Shown here: in pieces, positions 51,053 to 61,577 of the stretch
Position numbering within the stretch: position 1 is the stretch's first letter
Layout: every line of letters starts with the position of its first letter
Source: Ignisphaera sp.
GTDB taxonomy: Archaea > Thermoproteota > Thermoprotei_A > Sulfolobales > Ignisphaeraceae
Reading direction: 5' to 3'
Length of the DNA: 64,000 nucleotides
Assembly (NCBI GenBank): GCA_038821645.1
Contig: JAWBDT010000001.1
Location: 1-64,000, forward strand
The notes under the pieces: generated by a model
What the model was told of the DNA's origin: nothing
Database searches by the model: none
What the model saw: only the letters and a program-made list of their open reading frames with translations
Made by a program: the position numbers and the translations under genes

Positions 51053-51600
51053 AGAACAGGTCATCACAAAATAAGACGTTAGAAGAATATGTAGAAGAGC
51101 TATATGCTAAAACAAGAAGAGGGAGGTTCAACATTTTGAAGAACATCTATAACGATATAGCATCAGGCAAAATAGTTTTAATGGATCCAGCTCCCCCTAG
51201 AGATTTTGTAGAGTATTTATTAAGACCAGACTATGCGCTATGGTTATGGACAACAATAACATTAACAGCAGCTACAATAATAACAGTTGCGTTATCACCT
51301 ATTGCTTTATGGATAATATATCTGAGATATATCTTAGGATCTATATCTGTTCTCTTCTTACCTGGATACGTATTGATAGAGGCTCTGTATCCGAAAGAAC
51401 AAGATCTTTCTTCACTAGAGAGACTAGCATTATCTATAGGGTTATCATTAGCAGTAGTTCCATTAATAGGTCTTCTATTGAACTATACACCGTGGGGAAT
51501 AAGACTGGAATCGGTATTGATATCGTTAACAATATTCATAGCAATAATGGCTATAGTAGCTAGCTACAGAAAATATCAAATACTGAAGAAACGAGTTTGA
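51049..51600 (+). CDS. DUF1616 membrane (N-terminal-type) domain protein
   Basis: 'LFLPGY.LIEALYP...LERLALSIGLSLAVVPLIGLLLNYTPWGIRL'. Confidence 0.85.
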   Translation: MKNRSSQNKTLEEYVEELYAKTRRGRFNILKNIYNDIASGKIVLMDPAPPRDFVEYLLRPDYALWLWTTITLTAATIITVALSPIALWIIYLRYILGSISVLFLPGYVLIEALYPKEQDLSSLERLALSIGLSLAVVPLIGLLLNYTPWGIRLESVLISLTIFIAIMAIVASYRKYQILKKRV

Positions 51601-51770
51601 GATAATATGTAATGATTTATTGTTTTATATTAATAAGTTTGTTGTAAAAGATGTAGATGTCTATATCGTATTCCATATATCTGTGTATGATGTAGGTAGG
51701 GTCAAAATATATGAAAGAATCTATTTAACATGATTTCTGGTTTTAAATGCTTAAAGATTTTATCTAAAGT

Positions 51771-52658
51771 ATGTTTATGGGAAGAGTCGTGCACAACGAT
51801 AAACCTCTGCTTAAAAAAGTTGTTGAAAAGATCTTGGGTAGCGAGTATGTTGAAAAGATTTGGAAACGTATTGAGATTGTAGGTGATATAGCTGTTATTA
51901 GAAAACCTTTTGATCTTTCTCCAGATATTTTTAAAGCTATTGGAGAAGAGCTTTTGAATCAGCTCCCCTATATCAAATCTGTTTGGCTTGCGGTTTCTCC
52001 TGTTCATGGTGCTGAAAGAATTAGAGAGTACATACATTTAGCTGGTGAAGCAAGAAGTGAGACAGTATATAAAGAATATGGATGTATCTTTAGGCTAGAT
52101 ATAACTAAAGTCTATTTCTCTCCAGTTCTTAGCTACGATCATATGAGGATAGCTAGACAAGTAAAGAAGGGTGAGAAGGTTCTCAATATGTTTGCAGGCT
52201 TTGGTCCATATAGCGTAATTCTATCTAAGTATGCTCAGCCAAGCTATGTCCTATCAATAGATATAAACGATTATGCAGCTAGATACATTAGGATAAATAT
52301 CGAATTAAATAAGGTACCGATATTCAACGAGGTTATACATGGAGATTCACTACTTATAGTACCTGCTTTGAAAGAGAAATTTGATAGAATCCTGATGCCT
52401 TATCCAGATATGTTTGAAGAAGCTATAGATGTTGCAATTAAAGCTGTTAAAGATTATGGCTATATACATCCACATCTATTTATTGAGGCAGAAAACAAGA
52501 GACAAGCATTTATGAAAGCTGTAGAGAAAGTTGTAGAGAGAATTAGCTCCACTAATATATCTATAGAAGTTGTTGGGGGACATGTAATTAGAGGTGTATC
52601 TCCAAGAAAGTATCATGTTGCAGTAGACATTGTTGTTAAGAAGAGCGGTAAACTATAA
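51771..52658 (+). CDS. Trm5/Met-10 family tRNA methyltransferase, aTrm5a (Taw21/Taw22)-like
   Basis: 'IVGDIAV', 'KEYG..F..D..KVYFS', 'NMFAGFGP', 'RILMPYP'. Confidence 0.85.
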   Translation: MFMGRVVHNDKPLLKKVVEKILGSEYVEKIWKRIEIVGDIAVIRKPFDLSPDIFKAIGEELLNQLPYIKSVWLAVSPVHGAERIREYIHLAGEARSETVYKEYGCIFRLDITKVYFSPVLSYDHMRIARQVKKGEKVLNMFAGFGPYSVILSKYAQPSYVLSIDINDYAARYIRINIELNKVPIFNEVIHGDSLLIVPALKEKFDRILMPYPDMFEEAIDVAIKAVKDYGYIHPHLFIEAENKRQAFMKAVEKVVERISSTNISIEVVGGHVIRGVSPRKYHVAVDIVVKKSGKL

Positions 52659-52718
52659 CTGAGTATTCATAGAAAGGATATGGCTATTTAGAATCAGTAG
52701 TACAGTAGCATAGAAAAC

Positions 52719-53405
52719 TTATTGACTAGAAGACTTTTCATCCTCTTTGATGCTCTGTCCATTGAATTCTATGTATTTTCTTAATAGAGGTGAGTACTTA
52801 ATTACATCTAGAGCTGTTTTTAAGTGTTTATTGAATAGAAGATTGTAGATATTTTTATGCTTCATTATTATTGATGTACTACAGTTCACTATCTTCATTA
52901 TCGATGTAAGGGACATAGGATCTGATACAAAATCTTCTAGACATTCTCTAAAATATGGATTTTCAACTATAGCTAGCTTGAGTAGTGTAACTATGTTTAT
53001 CCTGAGGACAACTCTTTCATTGTACATACCCTCAAGATATATCCTAAGTACGTGACTTCTAGGCACCATTGTACATTTTATATAGTTACAGTCTAGAGCA
53101 TCTACATAGATATCGCTATTCTCAATTCTATATATTTCCTCTATATCATGACTTAAATAAAGCTTAAATAAACCAAATCTACTCCTAAAAATCACAACTT
53201 CATTATATCTAGAAATAATGTAGTCAATAATTTTCCAGAAGCTGAGTTTCTTAGGATACTTATCTATTCCGTATTTATCGAGAAGACCTGAGGTTATAAT
53301 TGGTGGATCCATACAGTGTAAATCATATCTAAGACAGTTGAGAACCTGCTCATATATGGATTGAATAATTATGATGATAGCGTCAAGCATCTTCATACTA
53401 CACAC
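52719..53405 (-). CDS. hypothetical protein
   Basis: 228 aa ORF with no recognised motif. Confidence 0.55.
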   Translation of the reverse strand: MCSMKMLDAIIIIIQSIYEQVLNCLRYDLHCMDPPIITSGLLDKYGIDKYPKKLSFWKIIDYIISRYNEVVIFRSRFGLFKLYLSHDIEEIYRIENSDIYVDALDCNYIKCTMVPRSHVLRIYLEGMYNERVVLRINIVTLLKLAIVENPYFRECLEDFVSDPMSLTSIMKIVNCSTSIIMKHKNIYNLLFNKHLKTALDVIKYSPLLRKYIEFNGQSIKEDEKSSSQ

Positions 53406-53596
53406 AATAAATTATCTATAGCTCTGACTTTAAATACCAATAGTATCATTAAATCAGGACCATTACAATATTCTAAATTAATCCAAAATTATACTTAATT
53501 TAATTTTCATTTGAGTGCTATTAAGGGTACACATATATAGTTTCAATATTATCAGAAGGACTAAACATACGTTAGGCTCTAGGTTTAGCTATCCCA

Positions 53597-55042
53597 TTGT
53601 CGGGGATTATTATGTCTAGCAGAAGTAGTGTTGGTGTAGTTATTGCATTGATTAGATTGTTTCTAGGGAATAGGCTTGTGAGAAACCTACTAAGATATGC
53701 TACTAATAGCACTATGTGTTATGTAGATGGTGTAGCTGAAAAACGTAGCTATATACATTACGCATTATCTAGATACATAGGCTCTAAAGTTTTATGCCCC
53801 ATAGCATCGAGATTTACTATAGACTTTATGTATATGCTCATTGATGTTGGTATAAAGATTCTTGGAGGCAATCGTAGAGAAATTGCTGAAATGCTTAGTG
53901 ATCCAGCTGTTAGAAGAGGTGTAGAATGTGTTATGAAAGGAATAGCAGAGTATGGTGTAACAATTCCACAGATTCTTCCAGCACCTTTTCTAGTTGTATG
54001 GAATTTCACAAACATCTGCAATCTCCGATGTATACATTGTTATCAAAATGCAGGAAGAAATATGGAAGATGAGCTCACACTTTCTGAGAAACTAGCACTA
54101 GTAGATCATCTCGATAAAGCTGGTGTAGCTGCTGTTGCACTAAGTGGTGGTGAACCAACACTTCATCCAGATTATCTAACCATAGTTAAAGCACTTGCTC
54201 GGAAAGGTATATATGTAGCTATAGCTACAAATGGCTGGAGATATGCAGATATAGATGAACTTAAGAAAGCTGCTGAAGCAGGTTTACGGTATGTAGAAGT
54301 ATCGATAGATTCTGCTTATCAAAGTAAACATGATAGATTTAGAGGTCTCGAAGGTTCATGGAATAGAGGTGTAAAAGCTCTAGAAAATGCTGTTAAACTT
54401 GGAATAAGTAGTGCTATGGCTGTAACAATAACGAAACTCAATATAAATGAAGTAGATGAAATCCTTGATTTAGCTCAAAACATAGGTGTAAATAGAGTAA
54501 TATTCTTCAACTATATACCGGTTGGGAGAGGTAAAGAAGCTTCAAATCTCGATCTCAATCCAATTGAGAGAGAAGACTTTATGAAGAAGATATATAGAGA
54601 GATGAAGAAGAGAAAAATCGAAATATACATAACGGCACCTCAATACGCTAGAGTAGTTCTCCAAATTAGTGGAGGTAAAGAGATAGCACCAACACACTAT
54701 GCTATCCGTGGCGATATAGTTACAAAATCTTTAGCAGAATTCATAGGTGGCTGTGGAGCTGGAAGAATATATGCAGCTATACAACCAAATGGGGATGTAT
54801 CTCCATGCGTATTTATGCCTATAGCTCTAGGAAATATTAAGTACATAAGCTTTGAACGTATATGGAGAACAAACAAATTGCTCAAAATGCTAAGAAATAG
54901 AGAGAATCTTGGGCTGCCTTGTAGAATCTGTTCCTATAGATGTATTTGTGGAGGTTGTAGAGCTAGAGCATATGTGTATTTCGGAGATCCTTTGGCTCCA
55001 GATCCAGGATGCATCAATACTCTGTATACAAGGATTATCTAA
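53597..55042 (+). CDS. radical SAM protein with SPASM domain
   Basis: CNLRCIHC, SGGEP, SPASM 'GCGAG...PC...CRICSYRCICGGCRARA...DPGC'. Confidence 0.93.
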   Translation: MSGIIMSSRSSVGVVIALIRLFLGNRLVRNLLRYATNSTMCYVDGVAEKRSYIHYALSRYIGSKVLCPIASRFTIDFMYMLIDVGIKILGGNRREIAEMLSDPAVRRGVECVMKGIAEYGVTIPQILPAPFLVVWNFTNICNLRCIHCYQNAGRNMEDELTLSEKLALVDHLDKAGVAAVALSGGEPTLHPDYLTIVKALARKGIYVAIATNGWRYADIDELKKAAEAGLRYVEVSIDSAYQSKHDRFRGLEGSWNRGVKALENAVKLGISSAMAVTITKLNINEVDEILDLAQNIGVNRVIFFNYIPVGRGKEASNLDLNPIEREDFMKKIYREMKKRKIEIYITAPQYARVVLQISGGKEIAPTHYAIRGDIVTKSLAEFIGGCGAGRIYAAIQPNGDVSPCVFMPIALGNIKYISFERIWRTNKLLKMLRNRENLGLPCRICSYRCICGGCRARAYVYFGDPLAPDPGCINTLYTRII

Positions 55043-55256
55043 ATAGTCATGAACTATACATAAATCATTTTAGGTAAAGAAACTATCTAGGCAATCTATA
55101 CCGAGATAGGTTTAGTTGAATATAGCTCAATCGTTTTCTTTAGATATTTTCACAATAGATCTATGCACAGTAGCTGTATATCTATCAACATCAGCTACAT
55201 TATTGAGTTCATCTCTATGATTCTTGTGAAACACCTACATTAGAGCTAAAGGGTCA

Positions 55257-56003
55257 TTAGATTGTTAATTCATATATTTTGCTTGGATTAAGCATAATCT
55301 CTGTCCCTATTAAGAAAGCTTTTGCACCAGCGTTCTTTAGATAATCTATATCTTTTCTACTCTTTATACCACTTTCAGCTACTTTAGTTACTTTATTGGG
55401 TATCTTTTCGAGAACTTTGTATGCTTTTGATAGATCTATCTCAAATGTTGTCAGATTTCTGGAGTTTACACCAATCATTGGAAAGCCCATGCTAACAACA
55501 TGTTCAGCTTCATCTTCGTTATGAACTTCTATGAGAACTTCTAGATTGAAGCTTCTTGCAGCTTCATATAGTGCATCTAGTTCTCTATCGGTAAGTATTG
55601 ATGCTATTAACAGAATGGCGTCAGCACCTATATTGTGTGCTGTTTCTATTTGGCTATAAGATACCACTATATCCTTCATCAATATGGGTAAATTAGTTAT
55701 GGATGCTATAGATATGAGATAGTTGTAAGAGCCTCCAAAGTAAAGTTCTTCAGTAAGTACACTCATCCCTACAACATGTTTCTCTACATGTTTTACATAA
55801 TCTATGGGATCTCTAACTATATTTAATCCTGAGGGAGATCTCATCTTGAATTCAGCTATTATTGCTATACGATCTCTACGGTGCATCTCCTCTATTCTAT
55901 CCCTAAGGCTATAAAAATTACGAAACCTGCTTATTCTGAGTACCGGTCTCAAGCTATTATATCTAACAACATTTTCAAGCCATCCCTTAATGTTCTTCGG
56001 CAT
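55257..56003 (-). CDS. trpC: indole-3-glycerol phosphate synthase
   Basis: 'IIAEFKMRSPSG', 'SVLTE', 'LMKD', 'GVNSRNL', 'AESGI'. Confidence 0.96.
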   Translation of the reverse strand: MPKNIKGWLENVVRYNSLRPVLRISRFRNFYSLRDRIEEMHRRDRIAIIAEFKMRSPSGLNIVRDPIDYVKHVEKHVVGMSVLTEELYFGGSYNYLISIASITNLPILMKDIVVSYSQIETAHNIGADAILLIASILTDRELDALYEAARSFNLEVLIEVHNEDEAEHVVSMGFPMIGVNSRNLTTFEIDLSKAYKVLEKIPNKVTKVAESGIKSRKDIDYLKNAGAKAFLIGTEIMLNPSKIYELTI

Positions 56004-56007
56004 AAAG

Positions 56008-56598
56008 CTACACCATATCTATGAAATTCTTCAGTATCTGTTTACCATACTCTGTACCTATGCTTTCTGGATGGAATTGAAGACCATATATCGGATATTC
56101 TACGTGATGTATAGCCATAATCTCTCCATCATTTAGAGATATAGCATCTACAATAATCTCCTTAGACACATCATCTATAACTAAGCTGTTGTATCTAGTT
56201 GCCCTGATTATCTTTGGAATACCTTTAAATAGTGTGTCATCATTTAGTATCTTTATAGTATCTATTTTTCCATGCATAACTGTTCTAGCTCTTCTTATTT
56301 TTGCTCCAAATGCGTAACCTATTACTTGATGTCCGAGACATATACCGAGGATAGGTATAGATTTACCATATCTCTTTACAATATCTAGAGATATACCTAT
56401 ATCCTCTCTTTTCTCGGGAGTTCCAGGACCTGGCGAGATTATTATTTTATCTGGATTCATTCTATCTATAGCTGATAGAGATATCTCGTCATTTCTTACA
56501 ACAATAGCTATAGCACCTAGTTCACTAACTATTTGAGCTATATTGTATACGAAACTATCATAGTTATCTATTATGAGAATAAGCACCAACACCATCAC
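56008..56598 (-). CDS. trpG: anthranilate synthase component II
   Basis: 'IDNYDSF', 'SPGPG', 'GICLGHQ', 'QFHPES'. Confidence 0.96.
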   Translation of the reverse strand: MMVLVLILIIDNYDSFVYNIAQIVSELGAIAIVVRNDEISLSAIDRMNPDKIIISPGPGTPEKREDIGISLDIVKRYGKSIPILGICLGHQVIGYAFGAKIRRARTVMHGKIDTIKILNDDTLFKGIPKIIRATRYNSLVIDDVSKEIIVDAISLNDGEIMAIHHVEYPIYGLQFHPESIGTEYGKQILKNFIDMV

Positions 56599-57866
56599 CT
56601 CTCGATAACGCCTAGAGCCACTTTTAATGCAGCAAGCTTATGTTCTGTTTCTTCATATTCCATTCTAGGTTTAGAATCATATACAATACCTGCTCCAGCT
56701 TGTATTCTTACAAGATCTTTATATATAAAGGCAGATCTAATAGCTATAGCCATTACAGCTTCACCAGAAGATGTAAAGAATCCTACAGCTCCAGCATAAG
56801 GACCTCTCTTGTATTCTTCTAATTCTTCTATCAACTTCATTGCAAAAGGCTTTGGGGCACCACTTACAGTTCCTGCAGGTAGTAATGCCTTCATCAAATC
56901 TATAGCATCATATCTCTTTTTTACAATACCTACAACCTTCGAAACCATGTGTTGCACATGGCTGTACTTCTCTATATACATAAGTTTCTCGACCTTTACT
57001 GTACCGGATACACATACTTTCCCAAGATCATTTCTAGCTAGATCCACAAGCATCAGATGTTCAGCTCTATCTTTTTCTGATTTAAGAAGCTCTTCCTCAA
57101 ACACCTTATCTTCATCGACATTTCTTCCTCTGGGTCTTGTACCAGCTATCGGATAGGTTTCAACAATACCTCTTCTATACGAATAGAGAAGTTCTGGACT
57201 AGCACCTAACACGATTCTTTTGCCAAATTTTATGAAGTATGTGTAGGGTGATGGATTTATCTCTCTAAGATTTAGATAAAGATCAACAACATCGCCTCTA
57301 TAGGTATATCTCTGAAATCTCGATAAAACAACTTGAAAAACATAGCCATTCTTAATGTATTTGAGGACTTCTTCAACAGATTCTTCAAATCTTTTACCAT
57401 CTAGCGAAGAATCATAGAATTCGACTCTCACATTTCCTCTACTGTATCTATCTCTGCATTTCTCTAGTCGATGTGGATCTCCATCAATATAGATAGATCC
57501 TTTACTGTAATCATATATGGCTATATTCATAGGCTCGAAGAACTCTACATAATCCCATTCCTCTGGATAAGGACGAAGATCTGGTATCTTCTCCCACAAC
57601 CTTACAGCATCGTATCCTACATATCCTATCAAACCTATATCTAATGGATACATGTGATTACGTATCTTAACTTTCTTTAGGCTTGTTCTAAGTTCGTCAA
57701 GAACATCTTCATGACTTCCTTTCACAATGTTCTTAACCCCCCATACAATAACGCTATAGCTTTTTTGAGCAAGATTCTCATATACGGCAAAGACCTCTTC
57801 TTCTCCGTTTATGCACTTTATAGCATCTTCGATATTAGGCATATGCTTCATACTTATTTTCTCCAT
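56595..57866 (-). CDS. trpE: anthranilate synthase component I
   Basis: 'NPSPY', 'ASPE', 'PIAGT', '[12 protein letters not shown]', '[10 protein letters not shown]'. Confidence 0.96.
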   Translation of the reverse strand: MEKISMKHMPNIEDAIKCINGEEEVFAVYENLAQKSYSVIVWGVKNIVKGSHEDVLDELRTSLKKVKIRNHMYPLDIGLIGYVGYDAVRLWEKIPDLRPYPEEWDYVEFFEPMNIAIYDYSKGSIYIDGDPHRLEKCRDRYSRGNVRVEFYDSSLDGKRFEESVEEVLKYIKNGYVFQVVLSRFQRYTYRGDVVDLYLNLREINPSPYTYFIKFGKRIVLGASPELLYSYRRGIVETYPIAGTRPRGRNVDEDKVFEEELLKSEKDRAEHLMLVDLARNDLGKVCVSGTVKVEKLMYIEKYSHVQHMVSKVVGIVKKRYDAIDLMKALLPAGTVSGAPKPFAMKLIEELEEYKRGPYAGAVGFFTSSGEAVMAIAIRSAFIYKDLVRIQAGAGIVYDSKPRMEYEETEHKLAALKVALGVIER

Positions 57867-58453
57867 GTATATACAACCTCTTTGAGCTTTCTAATCTTCT
57901 CTAAATCTTTTTTCTTAGGATGAATCTCAACACCGCTAGAAACATCTATCCATCCAGGTTCTAGCTCTAGGAATTCATGTACATTCTCTAAGGTGATGCC
58001 CCCAGCTACTCCAGCATCTCTATGGTAATCAAGAAGAATTCTCAGTACCTTAGGATTGCTTGGCATACCTTTTGTTGGTGAATCAAATAGTATTAGACTA
58101 AAGTACCTCTGTACCTTCTTCAAATAGTCTAGATAGTCTAGTGATGCAGGTACATATAGTATAAACTTCTTTGTATTGTATGTTGATAGAGTCTCAATTT
58201 CGTTATCTTTCAGGATTCTGTGTATCTGTATATAATCTGCATAGCTATTAACTAATGTCTCTATAGCTCCATGTACTTTAACACTAACGATGGGTGTTGA
58301 AACCATATTCTTTAGTTTAGCTACAAACTCTTCTGATACGTATCTAGGGCTTACAGGATCTGTTACAACACCTATGAAGTCTACACCTATTCTATCTATC
58401 TCTAAAGCATCATCTAGATTAGCTACACCACATATCTTCAGCTTTATCCTCAT
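57854..58453 (-). CDS. trpF: phosphoribosylanthranilate isomerase
   Basis: 'KICG', 'SPRY', 'QIH', 'AGG', 'DVSSGVE'. Confidence 0.93.
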   Translation of the reverse strand: MRIKLKICGVANLDDALEIDRIGVDFIGVVTDPVSPRYVSEEFVAKLKNMVSTPIVSVKVHGAIETLVNSYADYIQIHRILKDNEIETLSTYNTKKFILYVPASLDYLDYLKKVQRYFSLILFDSPTKGMPSNPKVLRILLDYHRDAGVAGGITLENVHEFLELEPGWIDVSSGVEIHPKKKDLEKIRKLKEVVYTWRK

Positions 58454-59484
58454 AGAATTTTCACCAATAGAGATCTAAATCTATCTATATCGCCATTAAC
58501 TTGAAGTAATGTTTCTATTCTATCTATTAACTTCAATAGAAGATTCTCAGCATACTCAAAACCATCCTTAAAGTCCTTAACAATATCTGCTACATATAAT
58601 GCTAAAGCCGTATTCATTCCTATAAAGACTTTAGCATCTCTATCTAGACCTTTAGCAGCTCTCAAGATCCTGGTAGCAGAATCTTCAACACCAGAGACTG
58701 TTAGTCGTGTTATAGGTATATTTTTTACTCCAAAGTCCTCGGGTTGTAGTGTATAGTATTCAATTCTAGATCCTTTAACCTCATATACATGTGTTAAACC
58801 TGAAGGACTTACTTCATCAATACCGGGTTCGCCATGTATAACAAGTACTTTCTCAAAATCTAGACGAGCAGCAGCTTCAGCTATAACATGAGCAAAAGAT
58901 TTTGAGAATACACCAATGACTTGTTTCTTGGTTCCTCCAGGATTTGTTAAAGGACCTAACACATTGAATATTGTTCTTATCCCTAGCATCTTTCGTATTG
59001 ATGCAACTCTCTTCATGGCTGGATGGTATAGAGGTGCAAATAAGAATACAAAACCAGTCTTACTTATCAGTTCTATCGCTCTATCAGGCTCTATCTCTAT
59101 CCTATAACCAAGAAACTCTAAGAGATCTGCTGAACCGCTCCTACCGCTTACAGCCCTATTACCATGTTTAGCGACGGGATATACAATTGATGTAAGTATT
59201 GCTGAAGCCGTACTAACATTTAATGTTCCAATACCATCTCCACCTGTTCCAACAACATCTATAGCATAGCTACAAGGTATCTTTAGAGACTTCATCCTCA
59301 TAGCTTTAGCAAAACCAACAATTTCATCAACAGATTCTCCTCTAATCCTTAGAGCTACAAGAAGAGCTGAAACAATAATATCCGGTATTTCTCCATCCAT
59401 AATACTTAGCGCTATAGACATAGAATCTTCTTCACTCAGTTTCTCTCCATTAACAAGCTTACTCAGAACAACTCTATAATCCAT
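58450..59484 (-). CDS. trpD: anthranilate phosphoribosyltransferase
   Basis: 'GTGGDG', 'NVST', 'KHGN', 'SGSAD', 'GPLTNP'; start set at MDYR. Confidence 0.96.
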   Translation of the reverse strand: MDYRVVLSKLVNGEKLSEEDSMSIALSIMDGEIPDIIVSALLVALRIRGESVDEIVGFAKAMRMKSLKIPCSYAIDVVGTGGDGIGTLNVSTASAILTSIVYPVAKHGNRAVSGRSGSADLLEFLGYRIEIEPDRAIELISKTGFVFLFAPLYHPAMKRVASIRKMLGIRTIFNVLGPLTNPGGTKKQVIGVFSKSFAHVIAEAAARLDFEKVLVIHGEPGIDEVSPSGLTHVYEVKGSRIEYYTLQPEDFGVKNIPITRLTVSGVEDSATRILRAAKGLDRDAKVFIGMNTALALYVADIVKDFKDGFEYAENLLLKLIDRIETLLQVNGDIDRFRSLLVKIL

Positions 59485-60205
59485 CCAATACACCTCTAAC
59501 AGTTTCAATAATTTTTAATGCCTGATTTACCTCACTATTCTCTAAAGCTTCAACAATAACTGTGCCGATGGCAACACCATCAGCACCAGCTCTCAAAACA
59601 TTAGCTATATCGTTTATCGATAAACCAAATCCGACAACAAGAGTATTGTTGACAAGCCTCCTAGCTCTTTTGACTAAAGCAACAGGATCTATGGGTATTG
59701 GTATACCTGTAGCAGGTCTTAAACCATAGTATAGAAATGGGTGAGTCAATAGAGATACTTCTGCTACAAGTTTATCAGGCATAGAGGGAGAGACAAATAG
59801 TGTTACATTTAGTCCACGATCTTTAACCTCTTTGACTATATCTTGGTACCTATCGACATAGTCTATGAGTAGATCTGGAAAGAGAACATAATCTATCTCA
59901 ATTGTGTGTAGATTTTCTACAAACATCCCAAGATTCTCTATATAATCATCGAGATACGTCAAAACTATTAGGGGTAGATCTATATTCTTTCGAACAGTTT
60001 TGAGTACTTCCCATACATCTATACCAAAACTTTTAACATGACTATAGCTTCTCCTTATTACTGGACCATCGTATTTGGCGAATCTAGGTGGAATCCCTAT
60101 CTCAAAGAAGTCGACTCCTCTATTTCTCGCTTCCTTTAAGAACAATAGGAATCTATCTATTGATGGAAATCCCAATGTATTATAGACTACTAGATACTTA
60201 CCCAT
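59474..60205 (-). CDS. trpA: tryptophan synthase alpha chain
   Basis: 'EIGIPP..AKYDGPVI', 'VGFG', 'GADGVAIGT' (Sulfolobus-type). Confidence 0.93.
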   Translation of the reverse strand: MGKYLVVYNTLGFPSIDRFLLFLKEARNRGVDFFEIGIPPRFAKYDGPVIRRSYSHVKSFGIDVWEVLKTVRKNIDLPLIVLTYLDDYIENLGMFVENLHTIEIDYVLFPDLLIDYVDRYQDIVKEVKDRGLNVTLFVSPSMPDKLVAEVSLLTHPFLYYGLRPATGIPIPIDPVALVKRARRLVNNTLVVGFGLSINDIANVLRAGADGVAIGTVIVEALENSEVNQALKIIETVRGVLDGL

Positions 60206-60232
60206 AAATTCACCTCTAGATCTTTGTCAAGT

Positions 60233-61522
60233 CTATTTCTTTCCGTATCTAATCATCATAGATCTATAGTTCTCTATATCTAATAGTCCATGACCACTCA
60301 TATTGAATAGTATGACTGGTTTTTCATTTCTTTTCTTTGCTTCTAAAGCAATATCTATAACTACCTTAACAGCGTGAGCTGATTCTGGTGCAGGTATTAT
60401 TCCCTGTGTTTCTGCAAAGATTCTGGCTGCTCTATAGACCTCTCTTTCACTAACCTCAGTACATTCGATAACGCCTTCTCTAGCTAGTAAGCTTAAGCTT
60501 GGCGCTAATCCATGGTACCTCAATCCACCAGAATAGATGGGTGGTGGTATGAAGTCTTTGCCTAATGTGATCATTTTCAGAAGAGGTAGAATTCCAGCAG
60601 TATCTGGATAATCATATGTATATACACCTTTACTAAACTTGGGTACTTCTGCTGAAGCTACAGCAATAAACCTCTTACCATTGTTTCTAAGCCCTATATA
60701 TGGATATGCTAATCCACCGAAATTACTTCCACCACCCACACAAGCTACAATTACATCAGGTTCTTCACCTATAATCTCCATCTGTTTAATAGTCTCTAAA
60801 CCTATAACGCTTTGATGAAGTAGAACAACATCTAGAACACTACCTATAACGTATCTATATCCATGATTAAGTGTATACTCTATAGCCTCACTTATAGCTA
60901 TCCCAAGAGATCCAGGATTCTCTGGATCTCTACTAAGTATCTCTCTACCAAAATTCGTTAATTTTGATGGACTAGGAATCACTTCTGCTCCATAGAACTC
61001 CATGAGGGCTCTTCTACTAGGTTTATGTTCATAACTAACTCTAACCATAAATACAATAGACAGGATTCTATATAGAGATGCAGCTAATGCAACAGCAGAA
61101 CCCCATTGACCTGCACCAGTTTCTGTTACAACTCTTTCAACACCTTCGATATATGCATAATACACTTGCGGTATAGCTGTATTGACTTTATGGGAACCTG
61201 TAGGTAAAGCACCTTCATATTTAAAGTATATCTTAGCTGGTGTATCTAGATATCTCTCTAATCCTATAGCTCTATAGAGAGGTGTAGGTCTACCAACAAT
61301 TCTGTATTTCTCTAGAACATCTTCAGGAATCTTTATGTATCGCTCAATTGTAAACTGCTGCTTTAAGATCTCTCTAGGCACGATTCTTTGAAGCAATTCT
61401 ATTCTTGAAGAACCATTTTCTGGATCCATTGGTGGTGGTAATGGTTTAGGTAAATCTGGTATAATGTTATACCAATAGCTAGGTAGAATTTCATCTAGAT
61501 ATCTTTTAGGTATGTTTACCAT
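60233..61522 (-). CDS. trpB: tryptophan synthase beta chain, TrpB2 type (operon-encoded)
   Basis: 'WYNI', 'TGSHK', 'ETGAGQWG', '[10 protein letters not shown]', 'GGLRYHG', 'PAPESAHA'. Confidence 0.96.
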   Translation of the reverse strand: MVNIPKRYLDEILPSYWYNIIPDLPKPLPPPMDPENGSSRIELLQRIVPREILKQQFTIERYIKIPEDVLEKYRIVGRPTPLYRAIGLERYLDTPAKIYFKYEGALPTGSHKVNTAIPQVYYAYIEGVERVVTETGAGQWGSAVALAASLYRILSIVFMVRVSYEHKPSRRALMEFYGAEVIPSPSKLTNFGREILSRDPENPGSLGIAISEAIEYTLNHGYRYVIGSVLDVVLLHQSVIGLETIKQMEIIGEEPDVIVACVGGGSNFGGLAYPYIGLRNNGKRFIAVASAEVPKFSKGVYTYDYPDTAGILPLLKMITLGKDFIPPPIYSGGLRYHGLAPSLSLLAREGVIECTEVSEREVYRAARIFAETQGIIPAPESAHAVKVVIDIALEAKKRNEKPVILFNMSGHGLLDIENYRSMMIRYGKK

Positions 61523-61577
61523 TGGCTCATATCAATCCCCAACCACTGCTCTCTATATCTCTACCCCTATTAAAGCT

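Noticed and set aside
55127-55234. 35-aa minus-strand ORF (MFHKNHRDELNN...) near the radical SAM/SPASM gene, considered as a RiPP precursor
   Set aside because: It is on the opposite strand to the enzyme, has no Cys/Trp or leader-like features, and is compatible with chance.
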